The notes under the pieces: generated by a model
The model's database searches: none
What the model was told of the DNA's origin: nothing
Seen by the model: the letters and a program-made list of their open reading frames with translations, nothing else
Translations under genes and position numbers: made by a program
IMG/VR virus record: IMGVR_UViG_3300045988_036833
Coordinates: 1-55,859 of that record
DNA from: a virus
DNA length: 55,859 nucleotides
Reading direction: 5' to 3' (one strand)
Shown: positions 48,024 to 55,518 of the stretch, piece by piece
Layout of the letters: each line of letters opens with the position of its first letter
Numbering within the stretch: position 1 is the first letter of the stretch

Positions 48024-48440
48024 CTAAAAGGGCAAATCCGATGAATCGTCAATCACAGAGAAGTCATCTGCGTTTCCCTGCGAATAGTTCTGTGGTGCAT
48101 CCTGCGCCCGATCGGCGGGTTTGCTGTCAGACTTGCCACCGCAGAAGTCAACCTTGTTCGCCATGATTTCCGTTGCGGTGCGGTTGCTTCCCTGCTTGTC
48201 GGTATACTTCCGGGTCTGGATGCTGCCAGTCACCAGAATTAGGCTACCCTTCTGGAACCACTTGGAAACAAACAGCGCCGTATTGCCAAATGCGGTGCAG
48301 TTAAAGAAATCGGTTTCCTTCTGGCCGCCACTCTGACGGTCGCAGGCAATGCTGAACGTGCAAACATCCTTTCCAGACTTCGTGACCTTAGCTTCAGGCG
48401 TGTGAACCAGACGCCCCTGAATTGCGATAGAGTTGAGCAT
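48024..48440 (-). CDS. ssb: Single-stranded DNA-binding protein
   Basis: OB-fold N-terminus (IQGRLVHTPEAK...TDFFNCTAFG), G/Q/S-rich linker, acidic tip DDSSDLPF. Confidence 0.92.
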   Translation of the reverse strand: MLNSIAIQGRLVHTPEAKVTKSGKDVCTFSIACDRQSGGQKETDFFNCTAFGNTALFVSKWFQKGSLILVTGSIQTRKYTDKQGSNRTATEIMANKVDFCGGKSDSKPADRAQDAPQNYSQGNADDFSVIDDSSDLPF

Positions 48441-48443
48441 TGT

Positions 48444-49046
48444 TTAGCCCTCCTTCGGCTGTTTCTGAGCACAGTCCCAACACAGGACGCGCCCAAAGCG
48501 TTTCTTCGTGCTTCTTGCAGTTTCCAGCGGAGTGACTGTGCGGTTGTTGTACTGAATAGGCTGCAACTGCTTTCCGCAGCAAGCGCATGGGGGGATGGTT
48601 TCCGCTTCCATTTGCTTCTGCGCAGGCTTGTTTGACCTGCTTGTGGTCTGTTTCTGGTACTCGTCCGTGTCAGCGTCCTTTGTATCGTCAATGCAAAACA
48701 AACCGTTCAGAGCGTACTTTCTGGCGTAGCTGCTTGCAGTGCCGGTAAGTTGGGAATCTGACATACCAGATTGCTGCTTTGGCTCTCTGGCGTATGCCGT
48801 GTTAGATATTTTGTCTCCGGTCTCCGAATCGTAGATTGTTGCAGTCGCTTTGATATAGTGGTACTCGCCACTCTGTACAGGCTCGTCTTCAAGAACAAGA
48901 CAGGCTCCGTATTTCGCAAGGAGGGGTTTTACTGCTTCCAGAATGTCTTCGCAACTGCGGTAATTGTACTTACCAAAAGAATTGCGCTGGCTTTTTGGGG
49001 CTTTCAGCTCGCCTTGAATTTTGGAAAGCTTCACAAGTGTTTCCAT
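48444..49046 (-). CDS. erf: Erf-family single-strand annealing protein
   Basis: ATG at 49046 after AAGGAGAAAT. NYRSCEDILEAVKPLL and TGTASSYARKYALNGLFCIDD blocks. C-terminal Zn-ribbon. Confidence 0.85.
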   Translation of the reverse strand: METLVKLSKIQGELKAPKSQRNSFGKYNYRSCEDILEAVKPLLAKYGACLVLEDEPVQSGEYHYIKATATIYDSETGDKISNTAYAREPKQQSGMSDSQLTGTASSYARKYALNGLFCIDDTKDADTDEYQKQTTSRSNKPAQKQMEAETIPPCACCGKQLQPIQYNNRTVTPLETARSTKKRFGRVLCWDCAQKQPKEG

Positions 49047-49494
49047 ATTTCTCCTTCCATAAAGCATCTTTTGCTTTCTTAGCTTCTTCTATGGTCTTGA
49101 ATCGGTATGTTTTTCCGCTAAAGTGGAACGAATATCTGCGTTTCAAACCTTTCGTTGAACGGTCTTCGTAGATTCCGTACTCGCCAGTTAAAGCGTTTCT
49201 GGCCTGAACAGTATTTGCAACATTATCAGCTTGGGTTACGCAGCGAAGATTCTCAATCCTGTTGTCTGTCCTGATTCCATTGATATGATCGATTACTCCA
49301 ATAGGCATTAGCCCATAATGAAGTGCGTACACAAGGCGGTGTGCTTTGTATTGTTTTCCTTTGATTTTTACAATCAAATAACCGTCTTTATCGTAGCTTC
49401 CTGCACTGTTTTTCCTGTCTTTTCTGTGTAGCGTACCGCCAGAATCAACATAAAACCATTTGCAAAGATACTCGACAAGTTCCTTATCGGTCAT
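48970..49494 (-). CDS. HNH homing-type endonuclease
   Basis: HRLVYALHYG...IDHINGIRTDNRIENLRCVTQADN (HNH_3-type). AT-rich. Its 3' end overlaps the erf start by about 75 nt. Confidence 0.85.
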   Translation of the reverse strand: MTDKELVEYLCKWFYVDSGGTLHRKDRKNSAGSYDKDGYLIVKIKGKQYKAHRLVYALHYGLMPIGVIDHINGIRTDNRIENLRCVTQADNVANTVQARNALTGEYGIYEDRSTKGLKRRYSFHFSGKTYRFKTIEEAKKAKDALWKEKYGNTCEAFQNSRRAESPKKPAQFFW

Positions 49495-49566
49495 GGAATC
49501 GTCCTCCTTTCTTCGGCTTCATTAGGCTTCATTATTAATACTTTGGCTTAATATGGCTGTAAAAAA

Positions 49567-49761
49567 TCAACTAGCCATCAGTTTTGCCAGTTGTGCACGG
49601 AGATCTTTCAGCTCCGCTTCCCTGTCCTCAATTTCAGACTGCAAGTCCTCAATCTCAGCCAGCCGGTCAGCTTCTTTTGCTTCTGCCATCTGTTCGTTGG
49701 TCATAAAGTACACGCCGTCCTCCGGCTCGGTTACACCACCGAATCTATCAAGGTTAATCAT
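49567..49761 (-). CDS. Small acidic coiled-coil protein (64 aa)
   Basis: ATG at 49761 after AGAGGGAG (the tracked ORF starts at 49926). Confidence 0.5.
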   Translation of the reverse strand: MINLDRFGGVTEPEDGVYFMTNEQMAEAKEADRLAEIEDLQSEIEDREAELKDLRAQLAKLMAS

Positions 49762-49948
49762 CTTTTGGTCTCCCTCTCTTGCGTTCCTCTTTGATTTGCA
49801 GCGCGCTGTACCACTGGTCTTTGTCAATTTCGATGGTAGACCACCGATGGTTACAGGCAATGCACTTCTTGCGGCGAACGATGCTATCGTGGTCAGACCG
49901 GCTATCAACCGTTGTAATGTTGCCACTGCCGCACATTGGGCATTTCAT
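49754..49948 (-). CDS. NrdR-like Zn-ribbon protein (64 aa)
   Basis: ATG at 49948. MKCPMCGSGNITTVDSRSDHDSIVRRKKCIACNHRWSTIE mirrors the NrdR N-terminal Zn-ribbon. No ATP-cone domain. Confidence 0.6.
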   Translation of the reverse strand: MKCPMCGSGNITTVDSRSDHDSIVRRKKCIACNHRWSTIEIDKDQWYSALQIKEERKRGRPKDD

Positions 49949-50208
49949 CGTGCATCCCTCCACTCGTTGGTGTGGTGAGCAACACGCTTGATTTTGCGGC
50001 ATTCTTGCTCGCTGCGTTCGTCCATCTCCTCGCTGACTGCCAACGCCCACAGCAAGATAGCCGTTGCGAGAAACCCGCAGGACACGATCACCCAGCCAAG
50101 CATCTGCGCTGTGGTCTGGCAGCCTTGAATTGCATCGCCGCAGCCAACTGCTGCGATAGCTGCGACCAGACCGAGCATGGACAGCGCCATCCCTTTCAAA
50201 GTTTTCAT
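49945..50208 (-). CDS. Membrane protein (87 aa)
   Basis: AAGGAGAACCA RBS. Two hydrophobic helices. Confidence 0.6.
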   Translation of the reverse strand: MKTLKGMALSMLGLVAAIAAVGCGDAIQGCQTTAQMLGWVIVSCGFLATAILLWALAVSEEMDERSEQECRKIKRVAHHTNEWRDAR

Positions 50209-50217
50209 TGGTTCTCC

Positions 50218-50442
50218 TTAGTTTAAAATGATGTCAAACATAAACGGTTTGCTTTCGTTTATCACGATTGTTGCGTTCAGAACCTGTGCTATCTTTGCAA
50301 GCGTTTCAGTTTTAACGCCAGTCTTGTACGGTTCTTTGTTCGGACTAGTGATGTTGTAAACTGTTTGCTCGGACAACCCGCTCCTGTGAATAAGCTCAAG
50401 AGCGCTCATGTTTCGTTTTTTAAGCGCTGCTTTCAGTGTCAT
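50218..50442 (-). CDS. HTH (XRE-like) small DNA-binding protein
   Basis: AAGGAGAAAACAG RBS. MSALELIHRSGLSEQTVYNI...LAKIAQVLNATI. Confidence 0.6.
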   Translation of the reverse strand: MTLKAALKKRNMSALELIHRSGLSEQTVYNITSPNKEPYKTGVKTETLAKIAQVLNATIVINESKPFMFDIILN

Positions 50443-50453
50443 CTGTTTTCTCC

Positions 50454-50645
50454 TTAGCTTTTCATTGAATGCCCGAAAATCCAGATGGTTGCCATCAGAG
50501 CGCCAATGCCAATGATTGCACGCGTTGCGTTTACGCCAACCAGAAGGTCAATCCTGTGAATCAACCAGAAGTTCAGCAGAAACGCTGCGAGAACCAGTGC
50601 TAAGACGATTCCCCAGATCAGGACGATTTCTACAAGTGCTTTCAT
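50454..50645 (-). CDS. Small membrane protein
   Basis: ATG at 50645 after AAAGGACAAAG. Two TM helices. Confidence 0.5.
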   Translation of the reverse strand: MKALVEIVLIWGIVLALVLAAFLLNFWLIHRIDLLVGVNATRAIIGIGALMATIWIFGHSMKS

Positions 50646-50725
50646 CTTTGTCCTTTCTATTATGTATGTGTTCCAGCCGGTCTTTCTCACGGCTGTGCCA
50701 CCGGATTTCCCGCTTACCGTAATAT

Positions 50726-51160
50726 TTACCGTTCATCTGGAGGGTCTACCTTTCCTTGTAAAAGCAAGTCGCTGTAATGCCCATAACTCATTCCAAGTTC
50801 TTTCGCCTTGTCATTTACCTGTTTAAGGCTGTACTTCGGCTTTTCTTTCGTTGTATTTCCTTCCTGTCTAGATTCATCGGAAGAAGCTCTAATGTAGTCT
50901 GGGTGTTCCTTCCACCAGTCTGCGGTCTTTTTTCGCTTAGCGGCGTTTGCACATTTCTTATGATATTTTTGATACTTATACGCTTTGCGCATCGGCCTTT
51001 TGCACCATTCGCACGGAACAACACCATACGGAGAGCGACGTTCAGCCTGCTTTTCTTTTTGAACCAATATTGCACATTCTTTGCAATATCGTCTTGTCGG
51101 CCTGACCATGCCAAGATACAGGCCGCAGCACTCACAGTATTTAATCTCCATCCAGCTCAC
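50726..51160 (-). CDS. Zn-finger protein (144 aa)
   Basis: CECCG...CKEC and CEWC...KKC pairs. Start is GTG 51160 or ATG 51151. Confidence 0.6.
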   Translation of the reverse strand: MSWMEIKYCECCGLYLGMVRPTRRYCKECAILVQKEKQAERRSPYGVVPCEWCKRPMRKAYKYQKYHKKCANAAKRKKTADWWKEHPDYIRASSDESRQEGNTTKEKPKYSLKQVNDKAKELGMSYGHYSDLLLQGKVDPPDER

Positions 51161-51392
51161 TTGCCTTTCTTAAGGCTCTTTCATTGTGTTCAGAAAAACA
51201 CTGGTCAAGAAACTGGATGAACTTTGCGATTTTCTCTGCATCTTCCGGCGTACAGCCATTTTCAACGAAGCGCCTTGCCGATTGTTCACGCTTGAAATCC
51301 GAGTAGGCCTTGGCCGCAGCGTCGATGGCAAACTTGGCTTCTTCCGGGTATTCAAGATCTACCTTTAAGGTGATAATCTGTTCCATGTTCAT
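51141..51392 (-). CDS. Hypothetical protein (83 aa)
   Basis: Overlaps both neighbours. Acidic and helical. Confidence 0.55.
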   Translation of the reverse strand: MNMEQIITLKVDLEYPEEAKFAIDAAAKAYSDFKREQSARRFVENGCTPEDAEKIAKFIQFLDQCFSEHNERALRKASELDGD

Positions 51393-52141
51393 CCCTCCGC
51401 TTTCTGGTTCTTCTCCGTCTTTAAGAAGAGATTAACGAAATAGACCTGACCGATACCCGTAACCTTAGGGGTCTTATTGATAGAAGTGTGCCCATCGGAA
51501 TGCGCAATGGATGTTTCCTTGATTTCAAACAAGCGAAGTTCCATAGACTTCTGGGTCGGCATATTGTAGTCTGTCCGCTTCTTGTCTTTAATCAGGTATC
51601 CGTTCTCACGCATCCACTGGAACAGGCGGTTCTGCCCCATCTGGATGCCGTTCTGCGACAGCAGCTTTGCCATCTCACCAACAAGAATGCTTTGGTTGCT
51701 TGCGCTCACAGCGTCAGCGAAAAGCGCTTTCGGCTTCATGGTTTCAATCTGCTTGTCCTTCTCTTCCAGCTCTTCGTGCGCTGCGATCAGCGCAGTTGCA
51801 AGGAGCTGCGAGCGGGTAATCTTCGGCTGTTCAGCCAGCTTCTTCTCCATTTCGTTGAACGCTGCAATGTACTTGAGCTTCCACTCAAGAGCAGCCTTTC
51901 CGGTAAACCCCATAGCCAGCAGGGTAAAACCATCACGGTTCATCAGGTAAGCCCTCTGTTCCCTGCCGTAGCTGTCCGGCACGGTGGTTTCAAAGAACAT
52001 CTCCCCAAAATTGGGGACATCTTTTTTGATTGCATCGATGTCACGCATCACATGATCGTGACGCTTTTCAAAGTTCTCGGCAATCTGGCGGCTAGATGCT
52101 ACCGGTTCGCCGCTTTGCATGGATAGCACGATTTCTCTCAT
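51389..52141 (-). CDS. Rha-family phage regulatory protein with KilA-C/ANT C-terminal domain (antirepressor)
   Basis: VASSRQIAENFEKRHDHVMRDI...YLMNRDGFTLLAMGFTG is Rha-type. C-terminal VGEMAKLLSQNGIQMGQNRLFQWMRENGYL is KilAC-type. Confidence 0.85.
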   Translation of the reverse strand: MREIVLSMQSGEPVASSRQIAENFEKRHDHVMRDIDAIKKDVPNFGEMFFETTVPDSYGREQRAYLMNRDGFTLLAMGFTGKAALEWKLKYIAAFNEMEKKLAEQPKITRSQLLATALIAAHEELEEKDKQIETMKPKALFADAVSASNQSILVGEMAKLLSQNGIQMGQNRLFQWMRENGYLIKDKKRTDYNMPTQKSMELRLFEIKETSIAHSDGHTSINKTPKVTGIGQVYFVNLFLKTEKNQKAEG

Positions 52142-52335
52142 TTTTGCTCTCTTTCCTTTACAAGCTCATTCAGAGCTTCTTTCACCTTAGCTTCCGCATT
52201 TTTAGGCTCACGCTTACCGTTCAGGATTTTTCCCAAGTATTCCGGTGCGCATCCCATTTTTGCAGCAAGCTCTCTGATTTCGATATTGTGAACATGAAGC
52301 GTTCCTACAACATCGCCTGTCCACTTAGGAAGCAA
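52138..52335 (-). CDS. Cro-like small HTH regulator
   Basis: TTG start 7 nt after AAGGAG. IRELAAKMGCAPEYLGKILNG. Divergent from an XRE-type regulator gene. Confidence 0.6.
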   Translation of the reverse strand: MLPKWTGDVVGTLHVHNIEIRELAAKMGCAPEYLGKILNGKREPKNAEAKVKEALNELVKEREQK

Positions 52336-52429
52336 ATTTTTTCTCCTTTCTTGTTCTAATACTTGAACTTTTTGAAAGAATGTGATAATATTATGGTGTC
52401 AAGCAAAAACATTATCGAACGTTCTTCTA

Positions 52430-52533
52430 TTTGTTCAAAGCTTTTAATTTGTTCTACCGATTGAACTCGGTATCTTTATTAAAGCACAAGTAGTAGAACT
52501 TTTCAAGTGTTTTTGTTCAAGTGGTAGAACTTT
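52430..52533. promoter_or_regulatory. Operator-type repeats in the divergent control region
   Basis: TTTGTTC at 52430, 52448 and 52512. GTAGAACTTT at 52494 and 52524, with an inverted GTTCTAC at 52451. Confidence 0.5.
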
Positions 52534-52565
52534 GTCATCTTGTACAAGCACTGGAGGTAAGTTTT

Positions 52566-52901
52566 GTGTTTTTTGACAATTTCGTAAAACTATGCGAAGA
52601 AAAGGGAGTAAAGCCGTCTCGTGCTTTAACCGATGCAGGCGTTCCAAGATCTGCTTATAGCTATTGGAGAAGGGAAGCTGGCATCGGGAACGATGCAAAG
52701 CCGACAAACCAAAACGCCGTAAAGCTTGCTCAGTACTTTGACGTTACTGTGGATTACCTTCTCACTGGCGAACAAAAAGAAAACCCGCCCCAGCAGCCGC
52801 AAAGTGAAGTCGATGCAGCATTGGAGCGGATTAGAAAAAAGCTTGAATCTATGCCAAAGGAACAGCGTGAAGCGCTGATGAACCTGATCGAGAAGATGTG
52901 A
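52566..52901 (+). CDS. XRE-family HTH transcriptional regulator (repressor candidate)
   Basis: GTG at 52566, 8 nt after GGAGG (the tracked ORF starts at 52521). FDNFVKLCEEKGVKPSRALTDAGVPRSAYSYW...LAQYFDVTVDYLLTGE. Confidence 0.8.
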   Translation: MFFDNFVKLCEEKGVKPSRALTDAGVPRSAYSYWRREAGIGNDAKPTNQNAVKLAQYFDVTVDYLLTGEQKENPPQQPQSEVDAALERIRKKLESMPKEQREALMNLIEKM

Positions 52902-53054
52902 GGTAAGATTTTGTATTACCTATTGTGTGGATGTGCCTTTTGCTTCTGGTTCATGCAGGCCTTGTTAAAAGGCAATGACCGTGCGCTATATGGCAACGGC
53001 AGAAAATATCGTTACCGTAAAAGAAAGAATCGCTGGTTTTAATCGAGGTGGAAG

Positions 53055-53528
53055 ATGAAAAAACACAGCAAAGAAGAGCTTCTTAACGATAAGAGCAGCC
53101 ACATGGGTGCAAGGTTTATGTACTCGTTCGGAATGGCTTTCATTGTGTTTTCCTTTCTTCTCCTGATGTATTCAACCACTGCCTTTATCATTTGTATGGC
53201 GGTTGGTCTGTTTTTGTTCTTTAAGGGCAAAAAGGAATACAATCTTTTTATGGAGAAAAATAAGCTAAAGCAGAAAATGTACAAAACGCCTGTAAAAGCA
53301 AAGATTGTCGCTTCTGGGATTAGTAAGAAAGCAGGAAGCGCTGCTGTTCGCACAGCGGTCGGCGGTGCTGTTGGTGGGCTTCCCGGAGCCATTTATGGCT
53401 CTGCTACTGCAAAATCTAAAGCCGACGTGACGTTCTATGTCACCTACGAGGACGGGCACAAGGCATCCGAAACCGTAAGCGTAAATTCTTCTAGGTTCAA
53501 TGAGCTGATGAAAGTCTGTGAAGATTGA
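53055..53528 (+). CDS. Membrane protein (157 aa, two N-proximal TM helices)
   Basis: GAGGTGGAAG RBS. FGMAFIVFSFLLLMY and FIICMAVGLFLFF. Followed by a terminator. Confidence 0.7.
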   Translation: MKKHSKEELLNDKSSHMGARFMYSFGMAFIVFSFLLLMYSTTAFIICMAVGLFLFFKGKKEYNLFMEKNKLKQKMYKTPVKAKIVASGISKKAGSAAVRTAVGGAVGGLPGAIYGSATAKSKADVTFYVTYEDGHKASETVSVNSSRFNELMKVCED

Positions 53529-53542
53529 CCCGGTAAAATAAA

Positions 53543-53590
53543 AACCCCTTGTGCCGGGCTGGTGTAGCTCTGTGCAAGGGGTTTTCTGTT
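53543..53590. terminator. Bidirectional intrinsic terminator
   Basis: AACCCCTTG...CAAGGGGTT followed by TTCTGTT. An A-run lies on the other flank. Confidence 0.7.
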
Positions 53591-53690
53591 ATTCTAGGCC
53601 TAAGGCTTGCTCCGCTGCCGGAATCTTTTCAGGATGTTCCAGCAGCCATGCGATAAACCTGTCAATCTTAGCTCTTTCTTGTTCGCTCAT
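53589..53690 (-). CDS. Small ORF (33 aa)
   Basis: Not in the track. GGGAGGA 10 nt upstream. TTGACT, 16 nt, TATAAT promoter about 60 nt upstream. MSEQERAKIDRFIAWLLEHPEK... Confidence 0.35.
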   Translation of the reverse strand: MSEQERAKIDRFIAWLLEHPEKIPAAEQALGLE

Positions 53691-53881
53691 TGTAGCATAT
53701 CCTCCCGATCGGTAAGTGCAGATGTTCATTTGATACGATTATACATCTTTCAGTTGTGTAGTCAATACGATTTAAACAACTTCGCAAAAATCGAATGTTT
53801 TCTTCACATCCGTTACTTTTCATCGGGAAAGCCACGAGCGTTCAAGTCAAAAGGGACAACGCCTATCCATCTTTCCTCCAA

Positions 53882-54088
53882 TCACAGCTCTACGAGCTGT
53901 CCGTCAATGCGTTCGATGTTATCTGCCGGGTCGCGCCCATCGTCTAAAGCGGCTACGGCGCGTTCCAGGATGCCTTTTGCTTCGAGGTAAGCATCTTTAT
54001 CAGCTTCGTACCCAGAAAGGCTCAGGACAAGCTCCAGCGTCCGTCTGCGAGCGTATGGAATAATCAGAGCATCTACGGTTCGGTTCAT
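53882..54088 (-). CDS. Hypothetical protein (68 aa)
   Basis: ATG at 54088 after GGGAGGAAAGTTA. Confidence 0.55.
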   Translation of the reverse strand: MNRTVDALIIPYARRRTLELVLSLSGYEADKDAYLEAKGILERAVAALDDGRDPADNIERIDGQLVEL

Positions 54089-54198
54089 TAACTTTCCTCC
54101 CACGGTTCAGGTGTGTGTGGTTGCCCATCGGGAACGCTGGCAGGCATTCCATCGATGATCGGCATACGTTCATGGTTCCAGATTACAGTTTCTTTCAT
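54088..54198 (-). CDS. Small ORF (36 aa)
   Basis: Not in the track. AAAGGAAACACAAA RBS. Its stop overlaps the next start (TAATG). Confidence 0.35.
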   Translation of the reverse strand: MKETVIWNHERMPIIDGMPASVPDGQPHTPEPWEES

Positions 54199-54251
54199 TT
54201 TGTGTTTCCTTTCTATTTGGAATTTTTTGACAATACAGTTATAACACATCT

Positions 54252-54272
54252 CGCTGTTTCAATGAAACAGCG
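54252..54272. promoter_or_regulatory. Perfect inverted repeat (candidate operator) in the divergent region upstream of the 54361 regulator
   Basis: CGCTGTTTC-AAT-GAAACAGCG. A related TTGTTTCACGTTTTGAACAA lies about 25 nt downstream. Confidence 0.55.
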
Positions 54273-54360
54273 AATTTTTTCAATTATTGTTTCACGTTTT
54301 GAACAATATATCAGTTGAATTTCTTTGCTTTTGTATCGTTTTGTCGAAAGAGGGGTATTT

Positions 54361-54954
54361 ATGGATGATTATAGGGTACGAGTGGCAAAAGCGTTAGAGA
54401 TGGCAAGAGCAGAATCCGGGCTTAGCCAACAGAAGCTTGCGGACAAAATGGGTATAGGCCGGACATCCATTTTTCGTTATGAGCAAGGAACAATGACCCC
54501 AGATGCTTCTACTATCATAAAATGGTTTGTGTGCTGCGGTGTTGCGGCCAAGCCGTACATAGACACTTGTTTGCATCCCGGATTATTGGAAAGTCTGGCT
54601 GGCGATGCCAGCACCGAGAGAAAGAGGGCTGCACTGATAGAGCATATCAAAGAAACCCATCCGCAAGAAATTGACCTACTGTGCTATCTGGTCTATGGCA
54701 ATCACGGCTCAGATTACCTTGCCGTTCTATGCGAAATGGTAGCCAACCTTCACACGACTTTGCGTGATCGTGTATCCGTCTGCCGCACCGTCACAGGTCA
54801 TTATGAAATGGCACAGGCCACCAAAACCGACCCAGACCCAGACGGAACACAACCCAATATGCAGATTTTGTATCAGGCACAGGACTGTGGGGAAGCCGCG
54901 GCGATGAAGCGAAACGATTCTTATACCATCAACGAAGAAAACATTTTGCGCTGA
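54361..54954 (+). CDS. XRE-family HTH regulator with about 130-aa C-terminal domain (CI-like repressor candidate)
   Basis: ATG at 54361 after AGAGGGGTATTT. GLSQQKLADKMGIGRTSIFRYEQG is the HTH. Confidence 0.8.
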   Translation: MDDYRVRVAKALEMARAESGLSQQKLADKMGIGRTSIFRYEQGTMTPDASTIIKWFVCCGVAAKPYIDTCLHPGLLESLAGDASTERKRAALIEHIKETHPQEIDLLCYLVYGNHGSDYLAVLCEMVANLHTTLRDRVSVCRTVTGHYEMAQATKTDPDPDGTQPNMQILYQAQDCGEAAAMKRNDSYTINEENILR

Positions 54955-55043
54955 TTGTCGAATTATCGCAGTTTTTGAAGAACATTTTGTCCACGTTCAT
55001 CCACTTTTTGTACACCTATCGGGCAAATTTGCCTTGTCATTCC

Positions 55044-55145
55044 GTCCCCCATAGGCTGTAAATCGACAGCATTCGCGCGAAATAAATAACGAGTTATCGT
55101 AAATCTATTGTTTGCAATTGAGTAGCTCGTCAATCCGTCCCCCAT
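55044..55145 (-). repeat. Two distal inverted copies of the rep iteron core
   Basis: TCCGTCCCCCATA occurs at 55041-55053 and 55134-55146. It is the complement of ATGGGGGAC. Confidence 0.7.
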
Positions 55146-55354
55146 AACACCGGCTCAAAAGTTTTTCATTCACTTTTTGTACACGTTAGATAATACTAAT
55201 TGCTTCCGGTTTGTCATTATTCAGCAAATGGAAGGTTGAGTTATCCACAAGCTGGAATGGAAAAACAAAGAAATTGTTGAAAATTATCGTCATCGCCTAT
55301 TTAACGATGATATTTAACCTCTTGTTTATTTCTTGTTTAATATATAATATGTAT

Positions 55355-55465
55355 ATGGGGGACGAAATGACAAAGCATGGGGGACGTTTTGACAAGTCAC
55401 GGGGGACAAAATGACGAGGACATGGGGGACAAAAAGACAAGTCATGGGGGACAAAAATTGTTGAC
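55355..55465 (+). repeat. oriV iterons: five direct about 22-bp repeats (ATGGGGGACnnnnTGACAAG)
   Basis: Cores start at 55355, 55377, 55399 (ACGGGGGAC), 55422 and 55444, spaced 22-23 bp. An AT-rich stretch lies at 55290-55350 immediately upstream. Confidence 0.88.
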
Positions 55466-55489
55466 ACGTCCCCCTACTTGTGATATACT
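55461..55489 (+). promoter_or_regulatory. rep promoter with an inverted iteron core in the spacer
   Basis: TTGACA (55461-66), a 17-nt spacer containing GTCCCCC (55468-74), then TATACT (55484-89). The rep ATG is at 55519 after AAAGGAAGTGAGCAG. Confidence 0.65.
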
Positions 55490-55518
55490 GTTTTCAGACC
55501 ATTAAAGGAAGTGAGCAG

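Noticed and set aside
52911-53042. 43-codon TTG-initiated hydrophobic and basic peptide between the XRE gene and the membrane protein gene.
   Set aside because: It has only a weak RBS-like GAGGTAAG and a non-ATG start. It is too short to support without homology or expression data.
54963-55414. ORFs 54963..55145 (-) and 55211..55414 (+).
   Set aside because: They overlap the iteron copies and the AT-rich origin region and have no RBS.
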